Positions 30,608-40,811 of a stretch of DNA of 64,000 nucleotides are shown piece after piece. The translations under genes were made by a program, and so were the position numbers. Numbering within the stretch: the first letter of the stretch is position 1; every line of letters begins with the position of its first letter. The DNA comes from Bdellovibrio sp. GTDB lineage: Bacteria > Bdellovibrionota > Bdellovibrionia > Bdellovibrionales > Bdellovibrionaceae. A model generated the notes under the pieces. The model saw only the letters and a list, made by a program, of their open reading frames with translations, was not told the DNA's origin and ran no database searches. Location of the stretch: assembly GCA_046318155.1 (NCBI GenBank), contig JBKCUU010000019.1, positions 24,634-88,633 on the forward strand, read 5' to 3'.

Positions 30608-32122
30608 TTAATGAGAGGCGAGAGCGCCTTGTTTCGACCCCAAGTGTGACCGTTGACGATCAGGAAGGGCCTGGACCTGTGACGCTTTTTCGTCTCCCTG
30701 TGGCTTTTGGCGTTGCTGCTGATCGGCCTCAAGGAGAGCTCGAATTCGCTCGAGATCGACGCCCAAAACCTGATTCAAGACAGCCGGTAGTTGCTCGTCC
30801 AACTGCCGCAAATGAATCGAATGCGTCCGTCCAAAAGTTTGATGCAAGGCCTGCGACACCCGAAAGACCGCATCAAAAAGTGAACGCTGTTTTTTGAACA
30901 CGGTCATGACCGAATTGTAGCGGCCCGAATTGGCAATCAAATCCCAGAAGTCGGCAAAGATCTCGAGTTGCACCAACTGCTGGGCACTCAGATCTTTGTT
31001 TTGCTCAATTTGAAAAGGCGACTCGCTGGAGTACTGCATCGCAAATGCCTGATCATGCCGAACGATCGGCGTTCCCTTCAAACGCTTGAGAATCCCGACC
31101 TGAACTTCGTCAGGCTCAAGACTCGCCAAAGCATCAAAGCCTTGAGCAAAGGACTCGAAAGTTTCACCGGGTAGTCCGATAATCAGGTCGGCATGGGTGT
31201 GAACACCCGTTTCGGCTTTCAGAAAGCGAAAGTTCTCTTGGATTTTTTCGTAGTTTTGCCGGCGACTGACATTTCTGGCAACCAGCGGACTCCACGTTTG
31301 GACTCCGATTTCAAATTGCAGCGATCCCGCCGGAAACTTTTTGATCAACTCTTTAAGCTCATCGGGCAAACGGTCGGGCACCATTTCAAAATGCAGAAAC
31401 AGGCCCAGCTCAATGCGGTCCAAAAAAAATTGCAAGATTTGGCAGCTCACGGTGGGGCTTAAATTAAACGTCCGGTCGACAAATTTAAACTGCCGCGCTC
31501 CCCGCTGAATCAATTGGTCCATTTGAACTAAAAATTCAGCGGCTGAAAAATTCCGAACCGAAACATCAAGCGACGACAAACAGTACTCGCATTTATAAGG
31601 GCAGCCCCGAGAAGCCTCAACGTAAAGCGTGCGGTGCTTGATGTCCTCATCCGAGTACAGATGATAGGGCATCACCACTTGTTTAATCTCAGGCAACTTG
31701 GGGCCAATGATTTTCTTTTCAGGCAATTGGCCTTGATCAATCCAATTGGCGACAAAATCGCGCAAAAGAAAATCGGCTTCGCCTTTAAAGACGTAACTCA
31801 AGTATTGAAAAATAGGCTGTGTTTCAGTTTCAAACGTGATCTCGGGTCCGCCGGCGATGATAATCAACTCAGGTCGTTGTTCACGAAGAAGCTTAACGAC
31901 CTCTAAAGTCTGATTGGTGTTCCAGATGTAAATGCCAAAACCGACCAAATCTGGATTCAGAGCCAGAATATCGGCCACGATCTCAGCTGGTGGCCGTTTA
32001 ATGGTGAACTCTTTAATAACCGAGTACTGCTCGTTCACACCCAAATTGGCCTGCAGGTAACGCAAACCAAAGCTGGCGTGCGTGTACCGGGCGTTAAGAG
32101 TTGAAAGAACAATTTTCATCAA
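30608..32122 (-). CDS. B12-binding radical SAM protein (DUF4080 type)
   Basis: N-terminal cobalamin-binding domain (GIYIWN, GGPE); SRGCPYKCEYC; FVDRTFN. Confidence 0.9.
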   Translation of the reverse strand: MMKIVLSTLNARYTHASFGLRYLQANLGVNEQYSVIKEFTIKRPPAEIVADILALNPDLVGFGIYIWNTNQTLEVVKLLREQRPELIIIAGGPEITFETETQPIFQYLSYVFKGEADFLLRDFVANWIDQGQLPEKKIIGPKLPEIKQVVMPYHLYSDEDIKHRTLYVEASRGCPYKCEYCLSSLDVSVRNFSAAEFLVQMDQLIQRGARQFKFVDRTFNLSPTVSCQILQFFLDRIELGLFLHFEMVPDRLPDELKELIKKFPAGSLQFEIGVQTWSPLVARNVSRRQNYEKIQENFRFLKAETGVHTHADLIIGLPGETFESFAQGFDALASLEPDEVQVGILKRLKGTPIVRHDQAFAMQYSSESPFQIEQNKDLSAQQLVQLEIFADFWDLIANSGRYNSVMTVFKKQRSLFDAVFRVSQALHQTFGRTHSIHLRQLDEQLPAVLNQVLGVDLERIRALLEADQQQRQKPQGDEKASQVQALPDRQRSHLGSKQGALASH

Positions 32123-33948
32123 TTGCTCGACAACAGCTTTTCAAAATCAGATACTTTTTTCTCGACGATGCCGATGCTGCCCAACCAAAAATCAGGTTTG
32201 CGGATGTCTTGACCCAAATGTTTCTGAATCAAGTCCTCGGCGGTCATGCGGCCTGTATCGCGCAAAATCTCCACGTAGGCTTTCGAAAATCCCGCTCCCA
32301 ATTCGGCCCGCTTGGCATAAATACCCAAGCTAAAGAGGTAACCAAAGGTGTAGGGGTAGTTGTAAAAACTCACGCCCGAGATCGAGAAGTGAAGTTTGGT
32401 CATCCAGTACTGGCGTTCGGTTTGCGAAAGCTCTTCACCATACCATTTGAGCCATGCCTTCTCGGTCAAATCTGAGAGCTCGCCGGCTGACAGAGCACCA
32501 TTTTTGCGTGCTTCATAAAACGATTTCTCAAATTCATAACGAGCCGGAATATTCACGAGCAGAGCGGCCGCATCGGCCGCGTGCGCCCAAGCAATTCCAA
32601 AACGAGTTTCGGCATCACCGGCCTCATTCAAATGATCCGCCAGCAAAGTCTCGGCAAAGATCGAAGCCGTCTCGGCCAATGTCATTGGGTATTCAAGGTG
32701 CGCAAAGGGCATATCCCGCATGACCCATGAATGGTAAGCGTGGCCCAACTCATGCGCCAGCGTCGACATTTCTTGGTAAGAACCCATGTAGGTTTGAAAG
32801 ACGCGAGGGCTGCGCGATTTCATAAATCCAGTGCAGTAAGCACCTGGTTTTTTATTGGGAAGGACGCGCGCTTCGATCCAATTATTCTTGACCATCATGC
32901 GAACAAATTCGCCCATGCTGGAATCAACGCCCGCAAAAGCTTGTTCGATCAAAGCGATGCCTTTTTCAAATGGGTAGTTGGCACCCTTGGCCGCTTTGGG
33001 CGACGGCGCCATAATGTCCCAAGGATCTAAACGCGTTTTACCCAGGCATTTGGCCATGGATTTCAGAGCGCGGCGGGGGACGGTGATGCGGCTTTGAACC
33101 GCGTTCATCATGGCTTCAAGGGTGTCGCGTTCAATTTTGGATTCCATCAAAGGAAACTCTAAAAAGTCCAATGGACGGGTGTGCGAACGCTTGCGGTATT
33201 CTTCGAGGCGAAAGCCTGACAAATTGTTTAAAACCGCAGCACAAGGTTCTTCAAATTTTTTCCAAGCGTCTTGAATCCCCGTCCACGCTTCTTTGCGCAA
33301 AGACTCGTCATTTCCACGCAAAAGTCCCGTCGCCTCAGCAACGCCGACCGCTTTGCTTTGCGAGGGAAGCTCCACTTTAAGCGATCCCGAAATCTGATCA
33401 TACATATCGCCCCAGCTGTGCAGACCAAACTGCTTAAACTGAGCCAGCGTCATCTCTTCGCTGGTCGACAGCATCAAATCCTTCATCTTGCGTTTTTCAC
33501 TCCACAAGAACGTCTCAGATTTTGTGTGCTCTGAGCTGAGGTAATCTTTCAAAACCGATTCATCCGCCCGCGTGAGGTAAACTTCAAAAGGTTTCATGAC
33601 AGTCGAAAGGTCAGCCGCGATTTTTTGAATTTGCGACATCGCTTTTAAAGCCGCCGCATTTTTAGCATCGACAGAAAGCTCGCAATTCACGAACGTCGAT
33701 AAATTCGAGAGCAGGACACCCGCGTTCTCGCCCAGCTGAGAAATTTTTTGCAAACCCAGGATCAATTGCGGGCGAGCCCCGCCGACGTCAGCCCCGTCAA
33801 ACCATTTGGCCATTTCAAGATTCACGATTTGCAGTTGTTCCCAGAGCGTCTGCACTTGAGCCAGGTCATCATTAAAGTCCGAAGCCCCAATACCTTTGTA
33901 CTCGGTTGTATTGTTCCAAGCCGGTAAAGCCGCCATCGAAGTCTCCAT
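32119..33948 (-). CDS. M3 family oligoendopeptidase (PepF-like)
   Basis: LAHELGHAYH, LAETAS, FYNYPYTFG. GGAGG RBS supports the ATG at 33948 or 33951. Confidence 0.92.
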   Translation of the reverse strand: METSMAALPAWNNTTEYKGIGASDFNDDLAQVQTLWEQLQIVNLEMAKWFDGADVGGARPQLILGLQKISQLGENAGVLLSNLSTFVNCELSVDAKNAAALKAMSQIQKIAADLSTVMKPFEVYLTRADESVLKDYLSSEHTKSETFLWSEKRKMKDLMLSTSEEMTLAQFKQFGLHSWGDMYDQISGSLKVELPSQSKAVGVAEATGLLRGNDESLRKEAWTGIQDAWKKFEEPCAAVLNNLSGFRLEEYRKRSHTRPLDFLEFPLMESKIERDTLEAMMNAVQSRITVPRRALKSMAKCLGKTRLDPWDIMAPSPKAAKGANYPFEKGIALIEQAFAGVDSSMGEFVRMMVKNNWIEARVLPNKKPGAYCTGFMKSRSPRVFQTYMGSYQEMSTLAHELGHAYHSWVMRDMPFAHLEYPMTLAETASIFAETLLADHLNEAGDAETRFGIAWAHAADAAALLVNIPARYEFEKSFYEARKNGALSAGELSDLTEKAWLKWYGEELSQTERQYWMTKLHFSISGVSFYNYPYTFGYLFSLGIYAKRAELGAGFSKAYVEILRDTGRMTAEDLIQKHLGQDIRKPDFWLGSIGIVEKKVSDFEKLLSSN

Positions 33949-33956
33949 CATTCCCT

Positions 33957-34090
33957 CCCAAAAAAATGGTGCTGCTACATTGTGCGGAAGCAGTGCTTCC
34001 AAAAATGGAGCCGTCGCAGTCGCGCCTCAGTACATAGTGTGGATGCGGCGTTTCTGCAAAATGTAGCTGCTACATTTTGTGGAAGCGGCG
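33957..34090. repeat. Degenerate palindromic tandem repeats between rnpB and the M3 peptidase gene
   Basis: GCTGCTACATTGTGCGGAAGCAGTG (33971-33995) vs GCTGCTACATTTTGTGGAAGCGGCG (34066-34090), 21/25 identical; partial copy near 34031; perfect palindrome 34057-34079. Confidence 0.7.
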
Positions 34091-34099
34091 GGTTGAGGG

Positions 34100-34127
34100 A
34101 AAAAGGCGAGGGGCCGTGAGGCCCCTC
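34100..34127 (-). terminator. Intrinsic terminator of rnpB
   Basis: GAGGGGCC-N4-GGCCCCTC stem followed by GCC and a T5 tract on the minus strand. Confidence 0.7.
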
Positions 34128-34136
34128 AAATTCGGA

Positions 34137-34529
34137 TCAGATTTTGCTGTAAGCCGGATCCTGTTCTGACTCGCGTTTCCGAAAACGAATCAGTGACGAC
34201 CATTCATCTAGGACCACAATTACTTGTGGGCTCAAGCGAACGTACCCGGAAGCACATGCGGACCGCATTTAACCGCTTCCCTATTTGTTCTTGCTCCATG
34301 CAGAGTTTGGCTGTTTTCACTCCAGCAGCTCCCCGAGAAACTCCCGTTCCCGTAACTCGGCTCATCGCTCTGGACATTCTCTCTGTTCCACTGTTCCGAC
34401 ACCGGTTTTAACACCGGTGTGAGGGGCGTTACCCCCTGCATTGTCCTTTGGAGTCCGGACTTTCCTCGCGTCCAAAAATCCCTGATTTCTCAAGGCTTTT
34501 CAAAACCCGCGGCCATCCACAAAATCTGA
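34137..34529 (-). ncRNA. rnpB: RNase P RNA (bacterial type A)
   Basis: Minus strand has GAGGAAAGTCCGGACTC near the 5' end and ACAGGATCCGGCTTAC near the 3' end; P1 pairing CAGATTTTG / CAAAATCTG. Confidence 0.95.
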
Positions 34530-34630
34530 GGCGGACCATAACACGGGAGGCCCAAATCCACAAGTTTGTGAAGTTCTTGAAGAACATGTCAGATTTCGAT
34601 AGCTTAAGGGCTCTTCAACAAGGATCAACG

Positions 34631-35077
34631 ATGAAAATCACACTTTTGACTCTCGGTTTCGTTCTCTCAATGTATAGTCTCGCTTGGGCTGCGGGCAACT
34701 CAGGTGCCGCGCACGCTCCCCGCCACGGTGCCAATTTAAATTTGCTTCCTCCTCCAGCTCCCGATGCAAACAAAGTGACGCGCCCTGATCCCGTTGTGCT
34801 TGAAGCCCCCGCGGCCATGTCTAAAGTATCGGGTAGTGCGACGACTTTGAAATGGAAACCCGCTCAAGGAGCAACGGCTTACTCGGTCCAGGTGGCGACG
34901 GATCCCAATTTCAAATGGCTTGTCGTCAATGAGCAATCGGTTCAAGGCACCACTTACGAACTCAAAAATCTTGAAGTGGGCAAACAGTATTTCTGGCGCG
35001 TGTACGGCACAAAAGCTGACAACGATCCCAGCTACCTCAAGGGTGACTTCGGTCGCTCGATGTTTGAAGTTCGCTAA
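34631..35077 (+). CDS. Secreted fibronectin type III domain protein
   Basis: Signal peptide; LKW, Y.VQVA, L..GKQYFWRV. AGGA RBS supports the ATG at 34631. Confidence 0.82.
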   Translation: MKITLLTLGFVLSMYSLAWAAGNSGAAHAPRHGANLNLLPPPAPDANKVTRPDPVVLEAPAAMSKVSGSATTLKWKPAQGATAYSVQVATDPNFKWLVVNEQSVQGTTYELKNLEVGKQYFWRVYGTKADNDPSYLKGDFGRSMFEVR

Positions 35078-35127
35078 GCTTATTTAAGCAAATTATTTTG
35101 AATCTTGATAATCCGCTGAAGAGCGGC

Positions 35128-35700
35128 TTACTTTTTTTCGGTGCTCTCAAAACTTGAGAGAATCGACTCGATCAATGGATCTTCGTCCATTTCGCGAGCT
35201 TTTTGAAATGTCCCCGTGATCACAAAAATCTGACCGTCTTTTTTCTTCAGACATAAAACTCTCTGGAGCACGGAACTCTTGCCCGCGATTTCGTAATAAC
35301 CAACGGCCGCCTCACTGACTTTTGCTTTTTCAGAGACGTTTTTTGAGAGCTGACGTAACTTTTCGGGAATCAGATTTTGGGCTTTGCGGGACTGATCAAG
35401 TTGATTCAAAAAATCAGCTGCCGTTTGATTGTCTTGTGCTTTTCCTTTAAGAATGCTGACCAAAATTGTCGAGTCTGCTTTTCCAAAAGACACCAGCATT
35501 CGGCTGCCAGATTCTTTCTTGGGATCTGGCGTCTGCACTTTCCACTTTGTCGGGTACAAAATTTTAAAATTTTCTTTATCGTCTTGATAGGTCTTTAAAC
35601 TCGAAACGGGGGCGCCGGCTATCACCTCCGCAGGAGCGGGAGCGGGAGAAGCCGCAAAAACCAAACTCGAAGTCAATAGAAGTGCCGCTGCTGATCCCAT
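35128..35700 (-). CDS. Secreted PsbP-like protein
   Basis: Signal peptide; YQD...FKILYP..W and C-terminal ILSSF pattern. Confidence 0.65.
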   Translation of the reverse strand: MGSAAALLLTSSLVFAASPAPAPAEVIAGAPVSSLKTYQDDKENFKILYPTKWKVQTPDPKKESGSRMLVSFGKADSTILVSILKGKAQDNQTAADFLNQLDQSRKAQNLIPEKLRQLSKNVSEKAKVSEAAVGYYEIAGKSSVLQRVLCLKKKDGQIFVITGTFQKAREMDEDPLIESILSSFESTEKK

Positions 35701-35883
35701 GCTTCCTCCATCATCAGGCTGAACTAAACTCTGCCACTCGCGCTTTAAATCAAATGGCTCTTCCGTCCAATTTTGTGTCGTCGGGCCCGACCTGTAAAGA
35801 AAAGATGCGCGCAGGCCTGAGCTTCGAGTCTCAGGTCTTGATCACGCACAACCACCTATTTAGACCAGATCTCCTACTCCCGG

Positions 35884-36246
35884 TTAAGAGGGGTCTTCGC
35901 ATGTCGTCTTAACATCCCACTCTAAAGGACCCAGCCATGTGAAGATAGACTCGCACTGAAACACCTGACCAGGACAAGTCGGCCCGCTCACTGTCACATT
36001 TGCTGTGATCACAAAACTCTGAACTTGGTTTTCAAAAAAGTCGGCTTTCGTTAACTCAAGATCATCCATGCGATCAAAAACGCACTGAATATTGCCTTCT
36101 GACCATGCGGTCTCGAGCATTGTCGCTTTTTCGACAACAAGTTCAGTTCGTTCTTGAGTCAGATTAATTCGAGAGTCCCAGTTCAGAATAGCGGCAGCGG
36201 CCGTCGAGCCAGTGAACACAAGCAAACAAATTAAAAACAAACGCAT
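35884..36246 (-). CDS. Small secreted Cys-containing hypothetical protein
   Basis: Signal peptide ending AAAA; four Cys in the mature part. Confidence 0.7.
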   Translation of the reverse strand: MRLFLICLLVFTGSTAAAAILNWDSRINLTQERTELVVEKATMLETAWSEGNIQCVFDRMDDLELTKADFFENQVQSFVITANVTVSGPTCPGQVFQCESIFTWLGPLEWDVKTTCEDPS

Positions 36247-36325
36247 AGAGCCCCCTTTTTGACAGTCCGTTGTCTATTTGAGCCCTTGGGCCCGGGCAAG
36301 GTTTTTCTTGAGGATTGTCAGATCT

Positions 36326-37183
36326 CTAAGGCTTCAAGAGATTGACATTGGGGTCGTAGACCAAATCGACCATAAGCGGCTTGTGGTCGGAGGACTCGAT
36401 TCGCGTGAGGTCAATTGATTGCTCAAGGCGCAGTCCACGAACAAAGATATGGTCAAAGGGAAACGTCCATCCCGCTTCGCCGACATTCAAGTTTTTTAAA
36501 CCCAACGACTGAAGCACGCTTTCCATGTACTCCAAACGTGGATACGACCAGGTGTTGAAATCACCTGCAACGACAAGGGGTCCCTTGTGTGAGCGGATGA
36601 CCTGAACCACTTGATCCATGTGCAACTCAAAAGACCTTTGAGTCACGAAATTAATGGCATGCAGGTTGAGCGCGACAAGCGTATGGAGTCCCGTTCGGCC
36701 CAGCTTATACTCTGTCACGAGCAAACTTTTGGGCGTTTTTGCAATCGGTTCAACAACGGGAGAAAGAAATGAATTTTCTCTCAAAGGTTTTGCGGTCGAT
36801 CCCGTTGCAACTCCGGTGTAATTTTCTGAGCGTTGCCACTTAAATGCTTGGGCCATTCCCCACGACAGTTGTGGCTGAGCCAGCGAAATACTGGTGGTGA
36901 GATCAGGGCGGTCGACCATTTCTTGAAGCAAAACCAGATTTGCATCTTGGCTCAGAGTTCGAAAGTCTTCGACCATGCCTTTGATTTCACCTTTTTTGAC
37001 ATTCCAAACGAGCAAGCGAAAGAGTTCAGGCAAGGCTTCTTGAGCTTCGGCATGGAGCAAACCAAAGCGCGAAATGCTCTGAACCTTTGCATCGGCCGTA
37101 TAAAGGCTCGCGCAAGAAACCTTGGCGGGAGCCGCGGTCGATAAAAATAAACTTAACAAAATAAGGCTCAGTTGTTTCTTCAC
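36326..37183 (-). CDS. Secreted endonuclease/exonuclease/phosphatase (YafD-like)
   Basis: WNVKKG, LLQE, NLHAINF, AGDFNTWS, DHIF, SSDHKP. AGGAG RBS before the GTG at 37183. Confidence 0.88.
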   Translation of the reverse strand: MKKQLSLILLSLFLSTAAPAKVSCASLYTADAKVQSISRFGLLHAEAQEALPELFRLLVWNVKKGEIKGMVEDFRTLSQDANLVLLQEMVDRPDLTTSISLAQPQLSWGMAQAFKWQRSENYTGVATGSTAKPLRENSFLSPVVEPIAKTPKSLLVTEYKLGRTGLHTLVALNLHAINFVTQRSFELHMDQVVQVIRSHKGPLVVAGDFNTWSYPRLEYMESVLQSLGLKNLNVGEAGWTFPFDHIFVRGLRLEQSIDLTRIESSDHKPLMVDLVYDPNVNLLKP

Positions 37184-37400
37184 GAACCAGCTCCTATCAA
37201 CTTTGGGACCCAAGATTTGAGGCTTCAATTCGAGCTTATCGCATTTGGCAACAAGGCCGGTGTCGATGACTCAGCCATGGCAAGAAAGTATTTCAATAAC
37301 CGCACCACGACTTTCTTCCCGGGACGTTCCGTCTTTTGATGAAGGCTTACACACAAATAAGCTTGAGCCTCGATGACCCCGAGGATTATCCTCAAAAGAC

Positions 37401-37997
37401 ATGGCGCAGCTCCTTCAGCAAACTCCCATTCTTGAAGCTCCCGGTGCTGGAATTCCCCTGCACCACCGAATGCTTATGCGCTGGTATGTCCGACCGCGAA
37501 TTGCCGCCACCTCTGACTGGCTTCACAACGAAAAATTGTTTTATAAATTTCACGGGACCATTCTCAACGAGATTTCGGTCGTGCCCTACAACAAGTGGAG
37601 CGCGAAAATTTTGGTTCCACCTCAGCGTGGTCTCGAAGACAGCTCTCGCTTCTGGAATTTAAATGAGTCTTTAGAACACATCGTGATTGTCGGCAACGCC
37701 GTTCGGGATTTTGTCATTGAGCTCAGCAATCAGCGGACTCCCACCGTAGAGGCCGATACCGCGCGGGCCAAACCGCTCGGCCAAATGAGTCCCGAAGATA
37801 CGCTGATTTATTTTGAAGAGTACGTCACGAGCTGTATTGGAAAAATCAACTCTGCCAAAGGCACCAGCCTGCGCGGTCTGACCTGGGTTCACCCCTGGTT
37901 TGGCCCCATGAATGCGCATGAATGGTTTTGGCTGCTTCCCATTCACGCGGGGCTTCACCTGCAGCAAATTCTAGAAATCAAAAAGAAGCTCGGTTAA
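37401..37997 (+). CDS. DinB-family protein
   Basis: W...E.LEH, HPWFGPM, H...HLQQI metal triad. Confidence 0.8.
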   Translation: MAQLLQQTPILEAPGAGIPLHHRMLMRWYVRPRIAATSDWLHNEKLFYKFHGTILNEISVVPYNKWSAKILVPPQRGLEDSSRFWNLNESLEHIVIVGNAVRDFVIELSNQRTPTVEADTARAKPLGQMSPEDTLIYFEEYVTSCIGKINSAKGTSLRGLTWVHPWFGPMNAHEWFWLLPIHAGLHLQQILEIKKKLG

Positions 37998-38798
37998 TCA
38001 ACTTCGCCAGTGAGCACGCGCTCCGGATTTCGCTGCCCAATGGTTGTCACATTAAAATTCAGCCGGCCGATCTCACGGCTGTCCGTTGTCTTTTTCGATT
38101 TTGTGATACACGCCCATATTCTGAGCCGACAACGGCACGGGCGGAATCCACCCTAAAACGTAAAAAACAAAAAACAGAACGAGCACACTTGCTCCTGGTG
38201 CTCCGACTTTTATGAATAAAAGCTTCAGATCGGGAATTCTTTTTTCGAGATAACGCCAACAAAGCCAAAGCACCAGTGCCGTCGTCGTGATAGCAAACAA
38301 GAAAGGAGTCCAGCCCACAAACCCGAACACGACCGGATAAATGATCGAGAAAAAGGAAAAGAGGCAGATCAAATAAAGTCCAACTTTCAAATTCACGAAA
38401 TTTTTTTGCTCCTGCTTGACTTCGTTGGCCACCATGAGCACCAACATCAAGCCTAAGAACAAGAAAGACGCCCAGACCGAGGAACTCTGAATAAAGAACA
38501 ACCAATACAGACTCAGTAAACTTCCCATCAAGAAGTGCAAGATCGTGTCTCGGTAATTCCAGATTCTAGAGAGCCAGCGCGGAGGTAGCGCCACATTCTG
38601 TTCAACCAAAAAATTCAGCATCAGTAAGCTGCTAACTTAAACAAGATAGACGACTTGCTGTGCTATCGAAAGGGGGTCGTCGATATCCGACAACGTGAAG
38701 ATGTCAAAGATCACTCCGGCAAGGAAGAAGCCGATATCGACTCTGGTTTCATTTTTTTCGTAATAATTGAGTGCTTTTTCTTTGAGGGATCTGAGCAT
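37994..38798 (-). pseudogene. DUF2914-type membrane protein pseudogene (in-frame TAA plus an internal deletion)
   Basis: ORFs 38798-38637 and 38621-38073 share a frame and are split by one TAA. After NWIPP-like GWIPPVPLS...GVYH, the C-terminal TTDSREIGRLNF appears in another frame. Confidence 0.75.
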
Positions 38799-39037
38799 GG
38801 ATCCAACCTTAGCAAATTCATGTGAGTTTACAAATTTCTTGCATCTGTTCCGGAGAACCCTGCTCTGGTGCTCAAAATTGTCACCTTCTTGAAAAAAGCT
38901 CCTAGGTGACAGAATCAAAAAGATTATGGACTGGTTGCAACTCAAGAAGGGGTGGCACTTTTCGTGGAATGAGCCCAGCATTAAAACGAAACAGGCTGGA
39001 ACCGGCCTTTCTACAATTAGTTAATGGAGACGCTTTT

Positions 39038-39622
39038 ATGAAGTCGATCTTGATCCTCGCCCTGGCCTTGTTCAGTTCACAAAAGGCAATGGCTGCTTCG
39101 GATGCCCTTGCTCAGCAAAGCATAAAAATCGTCGCGAAAGACGTCGACGTCGTTCTCGAGAAAACCATCGGCAACGTGAAGAGCATCTTCAATCGCTACA
39201 AAGTGGCTCTAGACTCTAGCACAAAAATCTTGTCACCACTTCAGGTGGGCGGTACGCAAACAAACCCAACCATCAAAGTGACAATGGAAAAATGTGTGAT
39301 GTTTATCTGCCAAACCGTCAGCCTCGATGCTGAGATCACAGTCCGCACAGTTTCTGGCAGATGCGAAAAGAACTACGCGATGGCTGTAGACCTCAGCCGC
39401 TCGAGCAAAACTCTGACGGATATTTATGACCAATTGAACGTCAATATTTGCTTCAACAAGAACTCAACTGGTGGCCAGGCTGATCTCATCGCTTCAGCTC
39501 AACAAGCAGCAAACTATTCTTCTGGGATAGTCCAAAGAGAAATTTTCAAGCTCTTGCAGTTGCAAGTAAAGCCTATCATCACGGCTTTGAATGAAACTTT
39601 GCGCTCAAACGGCGCTCAGTAG
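39038..39622 (+). CDS. Secreted hypothetical protein
   Basis: GGAG RBS; signal peptide ending AMA; four Cys. Confidence 0.72.
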   Translation: MKSILILALALFSSQKAMAASDALAQQSIKIVAKDVDVVLEKTIGNVKSIFNRYKVALDSSTKILSPLQVGGTQTNPTIKVTMEKCVMFICQTVSLDAEITVRTVSGRCEKNYAMAVDLSRSSKTLTDIYDQLNVNICFNKNSTGGQADLIASAQQAANYSSGIVQREIFKLLQLQVKPIITALNETLRSNGAQ

Positions 39623-39626
39623 GGAC

Positions 39627-40226
39627 TTACTGCCTTAAGTCTCGAAGTTGTCGGTCTTGCAATCTCGAAAAGGTCAGCTGAGCGAGAACTGCGCCAACAA
39701 GGGCCAATAAAATATCCCAATGGGTGTCCCAAGGATCACCTTGGGTTCCCAGGAAAGACTCTGCACCTTCGCCGGTGATCAAAGCTGTCCACCACTCCAA
39801 GAATTCATAAAAGACAGCGAACAAGACGCAAAATGACACAACTGTCGTAAAGAGCAACTTGCCCGGGGGAATGGTTTTTTTTCGTAAGATCCACTCGCGA
39901 AAAAACAGGGCCGGAACGAATCCCTGCATGAGGTGACCAAACCGATCATAGTGATTGCGTGCAAAGCCAAACATTTCTTGCATGGTGAAACCGATGGGGA
40001 CTCTTGCGTAGGTGTATTTTCCACCCAGACATAAAACCATCGCATGCAAGGCGAGCATAAAAAACAAAACCTGTGTGACGCCGTATTTTCGCATGACATA
40101 GATCAAGAGGGGCGCACCCACGACAACCGGAAAGACTTCCATCACCCAAGTGAATCGGTCATAGGGATCAATCCCCGACCAAATAAAAACCAAAGCCACT
40201 AGAACAAACATGATTTTTCTGAACAT
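39627..40226 (-). CDS. DUF2238/YjdF-family membrane protein
   Basis: YTYARVP, RNHYDRFGH, YEFLEW, FLGTQGDPWD. Confidence 0.88.
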   Translation of the reverse strand: MFRKIMFVLVALVFIWSGIDPYDRFTWVMEVFPVVVGAPLLIYVMRKYGVTQVLFFMLALHAMVLCLGGKYTYARVPIGFTMQEMFGFARNHYDRFGHLMQGFVPALFFREWILRKKTIPPGKLLFTTVVSFCVLFAVFYEFLEWWTALITGEGAESFLGTQGDPWDTHWDILLALVGAVLAQLTFSRLQDRQLRDLRQ

Positions 40227-40249
40227 GCTTCAACCCTTTAACCTCATCT

Positions 40250-40726
40250 TTAGGGGCATGCTGCCTTGGGCTTGCGTGTCAGCCATTCTGAGATATAGCC
40301 GTGGTACTTTTCGCGAATTTTCTTGGGCATGTTGAGGTAGTTGCCGATCGTTTTGCGACAAATCGGCGAGCCACAGCGGCATTTCATTTTCCACCACTTA
40401 CTTTTTTCGGTCATTTCATAATCCCAAGTGATCTCTTCGCCTTTGCGAATCGCTCGCATCGCGACGACCTTAAAGAGTTTTTTTATTCCGCAATTTGGCT
40501 CACAAGAGTGATTGATGAAGCGGGCGCAACCCTTTGAGTCTCGCCATTTGGCTTTATCAAATTGAATCGCGTGATTGAGAAGATCCTCTGTCCAAGGCTC
40601 AAAATCATCATCCAAAATTGGGCCATCAAAAACGGCGATCACTTCACCTTTGCGGATGTTCGCTTTAGCGAAGACGGCACGACCATACTTTTGGGTTTTT
40701 TTCACCACGACTTTTGGATTGTCCAT
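40250..40726 (-). CDS. SET-domain protein-lysine methyltransferase with post-SET zinc motif
   Basis: GRAVFA, RFINHSCEPN, GEEITWDY, CRCGSPICR. Confidence 0.92.
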   Translation of the reverse strand: MDNPKVVVKKTQKYGRAVFAKANIRKGEVIAVFDGPILDDDFEPWTEDLLNHAIQFDKAKWRDSKGCARFINHSCEPNCGIKKLFKVVAMRAIRKGEEITWDYEMTEKSKWWKMKCRCGSPICRKTIGNYLNMPKKIREKYHGYISEWLTRKPKAACP

Positions 40727-40811
40727 GTCATAAATGTAATCGGACCTAGCACAAAGTCGAGTGCCTTTTTTCAAGCTCCCCTCTTTTTAGACTGATACGG
40801 ACGCAGGGCCC

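Noticed and set aside
33957..34090. Repeats as a CRISPR array
   Set aside because: Degenerate, irregularly spaced, no unique spacers.
34193..34630. Small ORFs and the N-terminal extension of ORF 34448-35077
   Set aside because: They overlap rnpB; the Fn3 gene has its RBS and signal peptide at 34631.
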